DNA of 64,000 bases, from positions 8,340,485-8,404,484 of the forward strand of contig NC_134027.1 in NCBI RefSeq assembly GCF_964204645.1, in the 5' to 3' direction. The notes under the pieces were generated by a model. It was not told the origin of the DNA and did no database searches. It worked only from the letters and a program-made list of their open reading frames with translations. The position numbers were made by a program, and so were the translations under genes. Positions 1-13,694 of this stretch are shown piece after piece. This DNA is from Tubulanus polymorphus. Its lineage: Eukaryota; Animalia; Nemertea. The first letter of the stretch is position 1; each line of letters starts with the position of its first letter.

Positions 1-1693
<1,693 letters not shown>

Positions 1694-1817
1694 TTTGAAG
1701 TCATGTGACCCGAATTGCCGGGCGGTGGTGGGGCCACTTTACGGCGTTGTTCCCGCAATAATCTCAAGGTCGTAGACGCCGCGATATTTTGGACTTGTCA
1801 AAAAAACATTTTTTGGA
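1694..1817. promoter_or_regulatory. Very short bidirectional promoter shared by VPS35 and ORC6
   Basis: Only 124 bp separate the divergent start codons (1693 and 1818). The interval is locally GC/CpG-rich, with GTCATGTGAC (E-box/M-box-like, 1700-1709) and TTCCCGC (E2F-like, 1750-1756). Confidence 0.75.
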
Positions 1818-3312
1818 ATGAATTCTCAAATTCTTGCTGTCATCGCTCCAAAACTTGGCATTCATTCGCAATCAGTGTTGAGGTTAGGAATTCTTATCCT
1901 TTTACACTTCATTCCTAGAAAACAACTGCAAATAACTAATAGATTTCAACTGAATTGAAAAATTAATTCGAAACTTTTTCAATTTTACTGTTTCCAGTCT
2001 CTGGGGCGCTCTACTGGTCTATAAATCTACTGTTGGCCCAGGCTGAATGATATTTTAAGGCGAGGGTTATTTTCGTATTTCATGTATATTTTCTAATTCT
2101 AGGAAAACTGAAGAATTATCCAGACTGGCTAAGACTCAACATTCAACATCAAATAGTCTGACCATTAATGAAACTTGCCGGGTTGTTATGTTCCTCGACT
2201 TGGCTTCTTCAGCATGCGCCCAACCAATTGACAAGGTAGTTAACATCCAAATCTTCGAATTTAAGTCGAATGTCTGCATCCTTTGAATGTGATTTTTATT
2301 TCAGAAATTCAAAAATTTCAAATCTTTTAGACTTTAGCTATTAAAATGTCTGGAGTCAGTAAAAAAGTGTACAACATGTCTTACAAGACTGTGGAATCAT
2401 TGCTCGGATTGCAAAAACAAGTTTCAGTTCGGGATTTATGTGTTCAATTTGGTTGTACAGACGCCGTAGATTGGGCAAAACAAGTCTTACAAAGGTAACT
2501 TATAATAAGTGTAGGCTTATAATCTGTATTGATGGCTGGGGATAGGTACATTTTAGTGCACTGAGTCTAGTGTAAATTTTTTCTTCAATTGATCCAGATT
2601 TATTCATTACTTTCTATCTACTGGTAGTTATGGCTTAGAATTGTCGGACAAAGGCCAGGAAGATATTGATCTATCGAGACCTTTGTTTCAAGGAGCAGCA
2701 GTTGTAGCAAGTTGTCGGTAAGTCTACATTAAGGTTGGAACGTGGCTAGAATTGTGTGGAATAAATTTCAATGTCTGAAACTAGGTTGCAAGGTGGAAGT
2801 TATCTATTAAGAAATTGTATATTGACAGGAAACTCAAGATTAAGATTGATCGTTCAAAGCTTATTGATCACATCGGGACGAAGAAATCTATCATGGATAA
2901 ATTGATCACTGAAATGGAAAGACATGCAACATTAATAGGTTATACATTGATACAGTGGAACTCATATAATCCACACCAAAATGATAAATAGATGAAAAAA
3001 ATATTGTATTTCCAGAAACAAAGAACAAAGACAAGCAACGAAAGAGGGGCAAAAATTTCATCGAAGACTTGGAAAATAAAATTCATGGTAGCACTCTACC
3101 AATTATCGTTGTTGTTTTTGCAAAAATATATATTATTATGATCCTTTTGAAAATTCACTCAATTTGCTAATTGAATTAGTTCATGTGTTGTAGAAGAGGA
3201 AGTGGCTTCCAAAGTGAAGAAAGTTGAAACCAATGACGATGAAGCTGGCGAGAATGCAACAGATTTCCAGGCTTGGAAAGAAAAGATTCTTGGTCAGTCT
3301 GCAACTGGTTGA
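1818..3312 (+). CDS. ORC6: Origin recognition complex subunit 6
   Basis: Exons 1818-1882, 2103-2235, 2331-2494, 2628(or 2598)-2717, 2829-2938, 3016-3087, 3194-3312 give MNSQILAVIAPKLGI...RKTEELSRL...ETCRVVMFLDLA...IKMSGVSKKVYNMSYKTVESLLGL...VRDLCVQFGC...DIDLSRPLFQGAAVVASCRKLKIKIDRSKL...DFQAWKEKIL. The pattern matches metazoan ORC6, including the C-terminal D[YF]xxWK helix. Confidence 0.93.
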
Positions 3313-3521
3313 TTGTAATGCTGTGATTAATGTGATGCAAGATTTATTAACTTGGTTCGGAAATTTGAAAAAAATAGTCCATGTATTGAGCTTGATAAAT
3401 CGTTCATAAAGTTTGTATTTATGTATAGATTTGTATGTATTTTGTATATGAAAGGCTTAAATAAAGGTATAGCCATTCGGATGAACCTGTCTGGATAATA
3501 TTCTAAACTATTTTGACTGGT

Positions 3522-3536
3522 TAACCCTAACCCTAA
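3522..3536 (+). repeat. Short telomere-like (TAACCC)2 tract, probably inside a degraded interspersed repeat
   Basis: Sequence taaccctaaccctaa, only about 2.5 units. Confidence 0.4.
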
Positions 3537-6500
3537 TTTGGACTGCAATCCTGACCTGTTCATCAGTACTGGTTATTACTTCTGTGAATTAGAATTCATC
3601 CAACCAACGAGTCAACTGTATAGTTTTTGTCCCTGTTGCGCCATCACTCAACCCGATATTTTCCTCGTAGTCAACTTGATTCCCAATTTCTCGAGAACCG
3701 GTACAATCACTCGGTCCACAGACAAAAGATAGAAAGCGATAACAAGAACTGATTCTTGGATTAAATTTTCAATCATATATATTATTTATTGATGAACAAT
3801 ACTTTTGAATGAATATACTAATATACTTGAATATACTAAGATCATTATACATATAATATCATATATTATATCAAATAGAGTTTTCTAGCAATTGATCAAA
3901 CATATACCGGTATACTATTTATGTATATTCATATATCATTTGGAAAATGCATTCGTAATTGTCATTGATTATAGTTGATTAACATTTCCTCGTGTGTGAC
4001 ACCACTGGGCATAATTATTTTCCTAAAAAATAAACAACCAGTTTTCCACATACAACTAAATATTGTGTACATTAAAAAATGTATATTACTTATATAATCA
4101 TTCATATTCTTATATAATATTTTATGTACATGGTATAGAAACAAACTGAGTATAGAAGAAAAGCCCAGCTAACTCGGCATTTATCAAATCCAAAAATCAG
4201 AGAACCGTTTTTGGCCAAGCGAAGTATAAAAATAATATTGGTTCCAATACCAGATTTGGTCAGAACAAATCGTGACAAAATTACTTGGTCCCATCACAAC
4301 TTCGATGCGGTCTCTGAAGTTCTGAGTTACACTAGGTTTTGCTATGGTGTGTTCATCAACTATCAGACAAATTGAATAATTTCATTCAGTTAATCACGCA
4401 AAAAGTCGTTCGGAAGTAACGGCACTAACTGATTATAGTTCGCAATACATAATTATGGTATGGAATACATCATATATCAACATAAACATAAACTTTAAAA
4501 TACAACAGCAATTTTTAGCAATCAATATATATGCTTGTATATTATTCATCTATATTGAGAATTACGTTATATAATGATATACATTTAGTTAGAAACATTT
4601 CATCCATCTGTAAGCACCATCTTGGTTTTCATTTTCCTATGAAATAACTATAACATATCGTATATCTATATACAATAGTCTATAATTTCTATTCATATTC
4701 ATAATAAATATATACAATTTCTATACATTCGTACAATGTTATCAATATACATAGACCTTTTAATATATTTATTCATAAGCGTTTTTTTTCATTATATATT
4801 ATCTCTATTCTTTCTTTTTGAAATTTGCAAACTAGAAAAAAACTCCCAATGCCAACTTTCATCGTCGTAGCACCATCTGAAGAATCGAGTGAACATAGTC
4901 CTCGAAATAGTAGAAAAAACCTATGAAAAATAGATTGTTTTCTACACAAAAAGAAAAGATGTAATTGATATAAATTGAAATCTCCATAAAATAACTTCTC
5001 TTTTGAATGAATGATTCTTAAAATTTGTTTCTCTACAAGAGTAAGAAGAGTTGAATGACCTACCGGTACACAAAGCTTCCAGTGAATTCGAGATATGGTT
5101 ACAAAATATATATCGTAATTATTTACTGTTTCATTTCATATAGTAGAAATCCCAGTTAGAATCACATACGTAGGTCAGCATTTTAGTTCTAAACCTGATT
5201 TACATCATGAGATCGGAAGGATGAATGAGAAGCAATGTAATAATGAAGTAGGTTTACACAAAAAGAGATCATTTGTATTCATGATTGAAACGCACTTCAT
5301 AGAAAATAAGCTCGAGATCTTTCTACCGACATTCAACGTGAACCAGCAGCACAAGCATTGAAAGATTTCACTAAACCCGATCACACAATACAGTCCAATG
5401 CAAAATTGTGACTTCAACTAGCCACAATTTATCATCAGTGCCATAACTTTGAAGAAACTGGGCCTATGGTTAGCAACACGAAAATCAATGAACAACAATA
5501 TATGGACCATTCAGACCATTCATCTTATAGTATTTGGCCTCTTCTATTTGACCAGATTGACTTCAAAATCCCTGATGATTTTATTTACGCCAGCTTATAG
5601 TAGGCCAAACACACTAAAAAATAAAATTGGCCTTGATGCAAGATATGCCTTCAGTTTTTGATTGTTGTAATCTGACAACTTGCATAGGCTTAGTTTTCAT
5701 GAAATAGCTTACATAAGATAGGTCATCTGCACAACCATATAGTACAACCATAATACGATGTGCGTACACAAGGTAGGACCTTAAAAAATGCACTATTTTT
5801 GCATACGTACTTTATGAACGGTCAATTTACCAAAATGTTGACGGTGAAATAACAGGAATATCATAACATTCATCGACTTGAACTTGGCACTCGTACAACT
5901 AACTATCATTTCAGCACATACATTTCATATCACTTTTTTTTGAACTAGATAAATTGAGTGACAAGCCTGAACTTACTACATTAATCAACAAATTACCGTT
6001 CGGATAATATACAGCGGTGAGCAAGCAGACGGAGGGCGAATTGGGTAACAAACTTGAGTGAGAAGAGATCGGGGAAAAAATGGCCTGTCATTCATCAAAG
6101 ACGTATGCCATCGTGTGTGAGGGGGTAAAAAGCAGTGTTGAATAGAGTGAACATTAAACTACTGTAACAATTCAAGCAAAAGCAGACTTAACAAGGACGC
6201 AATGAACTTCAGCCAGAGAATTATAATATTCTGAGAGAATTTACCAGCGATTACTTCAACAAGCCTTATGGTACACAGGGGCATCAAAATTGGAACTGGT
6301 GTACGCTGGCATATAAAATTTTCCTCATTCTCAAAACATTGTGAATTAAAACAGCTTTAACAATTTCTCGACTAATTTTCCTGATGAAGTATAGCATACG
6401 CTAGTAGCGAAAGCTCGTATTTTCAATGAAATCAACCTAAAAAGTACTGTCTTCATATTCAACAATTTCTTACAGCAATGTTAGATTAGCTATAGGTCCA

Positions 6501-6598
6501 TGATAGGTTTATCATATTGTTATCAACATACGCACATGTACATGAAAATTTTAGATACATGATAATTGATTTATAGACATGCGGCAATATTGAATAGT

Positions 6599-9500
6599 TC
6601 AAACATCGCAAGTATCTCCATCATCCCCATCATCTAATAACACACAATCCGCCACGGGAATCTTCACTTGTTCATCAGATTCTACTTCTATATCAATCGG
6701 TTTATTGTTGTTTTCAGTAACATCTGCGGATCCTGCATCATTTTGTAGGTCAAATTCAGCACCTGCTGAATTAACATCGGATGAACTACTGTTGTCATCA
6801 TCGTCATCATCGTCGTCGGATGTTTCTTTTTTCTGTTCGGTATCTTGTGAAACTTCCTCAGGAATTTCTTTCACAGCGGATGGTTCCTCAGTAGATTCGG
6901 TAGGGATATTTGTTTCAACGCTAACAGCCACTACAGGCAATGAAGGAGTTATATTGGTGAGGGAATTGGATGATTTCATAGAATCGCTTCCATCTGCTGA
7001 AAAAAGATGACAATATATCAAAATATGAATGTCAATATTAAAGTTATTTTAAGATTTATCACTAACCAAAATGAGGTCGCAGTGAAGCTTAAAAATGAAG
7101 GAGCAATGGAAATGGGTTTTTTGACTACATACGTTTTGACCAGATTTTCACATGATCAGACTCGGTGTAGAATGTATAAATTAAAGTGATTTCATATTCC
7201 ATGCTATAGCAATATCTATTCCCAGTGTGTTTAGCTACTGAGAGAGTTTTCATGCTATGTATGAGTTTTGACAATGGATCTATTCCAGGTTGAACTAATA
7301 GTATTCTAAAATCTTCGAATGCAAGCACTAAACTGACTTAAAGAAGTAAAACATGGTGGATAGTGAAGTAAAACATCCTCGAAATAGTAAACCCAATAAT
7401 ACCAAGAAACGTAACTGATAAATTGACTACACCGCGTATCAAATAAAAAAAGAAATCTTAAAATTGTTATACCCATTTCTACCGGATTCATACATCATCA
7501 AAATATTGATGAAAATCTTTCTAAACGTAACAGAAATGTATACAGAAAAAAACATGATATAAACGATGCAATACTGAATTATCATTGGCTGGTAAACATA
7601 TAAAATGACGGTATACTTACTGATATCTATAGGAGTCATTCCTCGTGGTAGAGACTGTGACTTGTTCGTATTCTCAGTGTCAGAATCTGTGCCACTCAAT
7701 CGTCGTAAGCTATCGATGCGGTTCTTAACCGACAGACGATTTTCGTCTTTCTCGAGACTAGAATCCTTTCTGTTCTCGGCAGGACTCGATTCGCTACTCG
7801 AAGGTCGAGACTCTTTAGTCGCTATCGTCCTCAAGTCTTTGCTCAGCGTTGAATCTCTGCTGGCCGGTTGCGGAGTTGATTCTCGACTAGATTCCCGGCT
7901 AGCTATTACAGGACTCGATTCTTTACTCAGACGAGAACCTAAACAAAGTAATATCACATGGTACTGGTATTTCTTACATCAATACGTAATTTGTAATTGA
8001 AACACACAACTTTTTCAGAGCACATACCAGGCGGTGGTGGTTTCCTAGGTTTTGCCGATGCTATCGGTGGTTTCGGACGCGATGGAGGAGCTGGTTTAGC
8101 TACAGGATGAATCGAGAAATATGTTAAAATAATTACGATAACAACTGAATCAATTGTCTCGGCGTTCTGAAAGATCAGCTACATACTGGATGGTGGCGGT
8201 GCTGGCCCAGGTTTTTTCTCCGATGCTGAAAAAGCTCTTGACGCTCGCGGTGGCGCCTGTGGACTTTTATCCGGTCGCGGGGGAGGTGGTTTGTGTTTTT
8301 GGTCTGCTTTGTCGCCCTGAAATTGACAATACCATGTGGTCCTCGCCTGCGAAAAGAAATGCTTTCATGCAGCAAATGCTGGCGTTCTCTCTCTTGAAAC
8401 GAATGACACAGTTACTAACAGAAAGTGTAAGATATACAAAGAAAAGTAAAGAACAGATTCTTATCAGAACATTTAGCTAGCAAACAGATTTAGATTGACA
8501 GTTGTGAAGAAAGTTATGCTCAGACAAATTAAGCGTACAGTGTTATTTAAGAAGAGTTAAATAGGAAAATGAAATATACAATAATACAGTTGTCTCGTAC
8601 AAGAGATGGAAAGCAGTTCTTTACGGGTGAGTTTTACACAAGAAACTGAATATTCATGAAACAAAACCTGTTTTTCATAAATTACTTTGTGACAATTACA
8701 ACAAACAAAACATAAAACATAGTGCAAAGATATAAGAGACAACTTAGGGATACATTATTCATTAGTAATTAACCGAAAAGAAGATATGTTAAAACAAAGA
8801 TCTACTAACATTTGTTAACAATTCAGATATATTTTCCTTAGGCACTTACCTCAGAAGCCATTCCGGTTTGCTTCAGTTTCATTTCAGCAAAAATTCCAGA
8901 ATTGACACCAAAGCCAATTTTAGGAATACTTGCAGGCTGCCTCTTTACAACTGGTTCTTCTACTGTCACTTCTGACTGCACTTCAACTATAATGAAAGGG
9001 AAATGATATTCATTTGATATTCAACAGCGCAGCTTTCATCACTCAGAAGGAAAAGAAGCACTGCCATTTACCTTTTTCTTCAGTGTCAGGTTTCTCTTCA
9101 GGCTTTGTCTCTTCAGGTTCAGCCTTTGTTTCATTTTTTTTCTTGAAAAATTTCATCTTTCCAAATCCAAAGCCACTCCTAGAATTCACAATACACATTT
9201 TCGATAAAATGATGTAGTGTTTCACCCCATTGTACCGGAAGTGAGAGCAATATCGATGTACATACTTGCTTTCAGATTTTTCTTTTGATTTGTCATCAGA
9301 TTTTTCTGTGTCCTCCTTACGGTTGGTCAAATTATTCAAGAAACTCGGCTTTTTCGTTGATGTTTTCGGTCTGAAAAACATATAAATTCAAGTACCAATG
9401 CTAAGAGTCCGAAACAAAACACTCATTAAGCAGAAAAAAAAAGAAATCTCATTCTCGTAAATTTATCCTTAACCAACTATAAGTTTCTTTGCATCATCAT

Positions 9501-12500
9501 TTATATTCAAGATATTTAGGTTGATAACACAGTTACAATATGGAATGAATTTCTTTTCCAATATTTTAGCCATTATACTGAGAATAAGTCAATTACTTTT
9601 TACTTAAGTTTTAGAAATCAAGGATAGGTACTAAATGTGCCCGGCTACTGATGTCATTCATTGATCCTGGTGATTCAAAATTTTCAACACGCTAGCCAAC
9701 ACAAATGAGGGTATTACGGTAATCAAAATTTCCCTCTAACCAAAACAATAAACCTTACAGAGCTCTCGTACACAATGATTAGATACATATTTTTATAATA
9801 ATACTTACTTGTTTGAGGGTGGAGGTGGGCGTTTTACAGCGGGCGTTACAGTTGGGACATTCACTGGTTCAGAAGAAGTTTCGAAGAAAGCATTGACACC
9901 TTCACTCAGGGTAAATGGCGAATCAGTCTCATTAGAATCATTGTTATTGGTAGGCTCTCGAGATGCTGCCGGTTTCGATGGCAAGTGCGTACGTGGCCGT
10001 CGAGGGCGGCTCTTCTGTAAGTGTTGTAATTTCTGTTCGCCAGCAGCAGGCAATGGACTTAGATCACCAAATACTTCTGCATCTGTAAATAGCAAAATTG
10101 TTAGGTATAACATACATAGATATTTTTTCATAATAGTATAAGCGAATAATACGGTGAACGCTAATTTCATACAGGTTCATCTCATTCTAACATTCAATCT
10201 AACATTCTAAAGATATTTTGTAGCTCGTTTAACCTATTAGCCCTCAAACCGCCCGCATCTGCCCTGCCTATTACTCCTCAAGCCGGCCCTATCTACCCTT
10301 TCATCTGCTGCACAAAAACAGTTACAGTAGGATTCAAACCCATTAGCTTAGGATAAACAAGACATCTAAGATGTCGAAATTCCGTATAGAAATCAATATC
10401 TTCCTATTTGAAATTCATGGTTATTTGAAATATCACAGATCCGAGCGCTCTCTTATATCCCAGTAAGGCCCACCTCATCAAATCTTATACCATATATGAA
10501 AGTTTGTTGACAACAAAATAACACAAACTTGTAATACATGAAAATCAAAATGAAAATGGAGCTTTTTTTGTATCGTGATAAATGTGGATTTTCCGCTGAA
10601 TTTTCTGAGGAGTAATAGACACTACTGACCGGGTGGTGAAATTCCTGAGTGCTAATGGGCTAAAGTTTTCAAGTTTCGAACTGATACCCGAAGCATTCTT
10701 TTCATTCATCCAAACATGTTCATACAAACACATATACATACATACATACCATTTGTCGTTTTAATTTTGGGTTTATTAGTAGGTGGACTTAAAACAACCG
10801 CTTTTACTTCTGGAGCCTTGACGAACAATGATGGTCCAGGAGCATCAATTGATGCACTATGTCCTACAAATCATAGATACAACACAAAAACTGTGACAAA
10901 CTTCTACAACAAAATACCATCGCAATGAAGCCCTAACTTTGTGAGAGCACATGCAACCACTATTGCAGAAATTGCATCTCGAATACAAAAAATGTTGAAC
11001 TACCGGTAGTATGAATAATGATTACACTGTTTGTGCTTAACTTTAACCAAATATTTCTAAAATCACTATCAGTACGTAAATTAGAAAAACCGTCTATTGG
11101 TAAATTTTCAGCAATGAAATGACAAAACAACATGAACATAAATTGATAATAGGCATGCAAGTACGAAAAGCTAACATTAATGCATATATCAAAACACCAA
11201 AACACTTTCTTTCACCTGTAGAATTTTTTTCTTCGATTTCATGCTCTGATTTTTCATATAAACTTGTTTCCATGCAGTCTAAACAGATTTATATTACAGG
11301 TAAGTAAAACAGCATTTCAAAGATGGCTTTATTCAATAGAAAATTCTTGGTTAGGTAGTAAAAAGACATTATTGAAGATTGTTACTATCTCATGCGTTTA
11401 GTTGTAGTCACGTCAAAAGGTTAACGAGTAAGATCCTAAACTAAGGTCAGTTACAAGATGAGTTTTTAAAAGCATAGGAAATATAACTGGTAGGTTTTTC
11501 TATTGTTAATAGCTGAATCTATCGTGGAATATGTTCTCACCTATGACTGACTGAGGTCGAACTTTGGAGATTTTGATGCTCCGTCTCTTCTGTCCACAAC
11601 ACTGCTGTAAGTAAACATTACATCATGATTACGCGATTAACCCTGCTTAATCTTGAAGATGGTTTGGCACTAATAGCATTCATCGAGTTTATTGTTCATG
11701 ATTATGAGTTAGCATATGATACGCATATGTTTACATGATGAACAGAATATATGATATAAATGCTATGAATATTGATTTTAGAGTTCATTACTTCATCCTC
11801 AAGTTCGTCTTTATTTATGATGAATACATTGTTGTCTGCCTCCGCATTTCTCAGATTTACTTGGCTACTACTTATTTTAGCATTCAGATGATCCTTCTGG
11901 AAAAAGCCAAGTACACTTAAATAATCAGTGGTGATGATCAAATTACAATGTAATCTCATCACAACGAACTTCAAGGGACCAGAAAATATGCGCGTTATAA
12001 CCAACAGTTCGTTACATCCAGTATGAAATCAACCAAATTGTCTCATTAGGGACATAATTTCATATTTGATATATCCGATGAATCGCTGTATCAGAGTTAG
12101 TTATACCGAGGTTCCACTGTAGTTCAGATTTAGTTCAAATTGATACAAACTTAGTCTATATGTATAACATACCAATTCTCTATGATTGGTTGTCAATGAT
12201 TCCAACACAGCATCCATTATTCTGTTCGACAAATATTCACTCAATGCTAAGTTCACCTCACTGAAACGAACACATTGACATATTTCCCTAAGTCGCGATT
12301 TTAAGTTGGCTTTCAATATGGAAGAAAAAATACATACCACATTTTATTCATCAAATCAGTACCAACTTGCTCAACTAACAAATCATGCACAAGGTTTGGT
12401 TGCAGTTTGATTTTCTCAGCACAAGCGTTTAGGATTTCCTCTTTGAATGCCTAAAATCAGGTATAGTTGAAAAACCCAATATCCAATAGAGTATAACCTT

Positions 12501-13654
12501 ATGCAAAATATTCTGTAAATGAGACCATTAATGTATTTTCTATGAGACTGATAAGTATGGAGACATATATACCTCATCTTCCATTATGGCTGGACATTGC
12601 TCTTCAACTGACCGAAGCATCTCTTCAAGATTATTCTGTAATTAAACAAAATTATTCCCAAAAATGTCCTCAAATATTCAGTGATATGATGGTATCAAGT
12701 AAGGAATTGAGTAGGACACCTTTAACTGTGTCGACAACAGATCTTGAATTTCAATTCCTATATTATCTAGTTTCTGGTCAACAACATTTCCTTTGCCTTC
12801 AGACTCTTGGGATACTTTCTGTAAACTGAGTAGAACCTGCATAACAAGATAAAATATGCAAGTTTTTTTTTTCATGAGAAAAATTGAATTCCGATGATAT
12901 TTCATGGTCTAGGCAACCTACTTGTCTGGCACTATCGGCATCTTTCAAAAATTTCTGGGCTGTTTCAATCTGTGAGCCCGTGCTTTCGCTACAATCATTT
13001 CCCAATGCGTTGATAGTGTCTTGTAGCTGTACAACCAACCTATCCACCATCTATGGGTATTCATAAGACAAGCCGCATAAATATAAACCTCGTAATAATG
13101 GTTAATCATGGAGTGTAGGAAAAGTGAAATGCAGATCAAACCTGTTGAGCGGAATTGACGAGGAAGCCTTGATGCAGACGGAATGATTTATCACTGTTGA
13201 ACTTGCGAGGACTGTGATTCCTGTGCAGCAAAGCTTCGATGTGTTCAAGGACTGCGAGTGTTTTTTCGGAGTTGTTTTTTAGAGCATTTGCCGCATCGTA
13301 TACAGGCGTAGGCATGTAGCGTAGTGTATAATTACTGCAAGGTGATTAATTGATTACTGCATCGATCCGGTCAAACGAAGCCAAGACAGTACAGTACAGG
13401 GATAACAGGGAACATTCAGTAAGATATATATCATATAAAGTATAGACAATCCCGCACTAATAGAATGAGAAAGATGAAGTCCAAAAAGTTTCCTTAAAGA
13501 TACTAATTTTTTGATTTGACTCATTTTTTCATCTTCAGGAATTTTCGCACTTAATCTTTCTCATTATATCAGTGTGGGATTCTCTATATATTGTCGCAAC
13601 ACAATTCAAACATGGTGTATTACCAATGGTTGAATATCATATAGAATTCATTGG

Positions 13655-13694
<40 letters not shown>

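Noticed and set aside
3522-3536. TAACCCTAACCCTAA as a telomere, fusion site or telomerase RNA template
   Set aside because: Only about 2.5 repeats, with no recognisable pseudoknot or H/ACA context. Such tracts are common inside invertebrate interspersed repeats.
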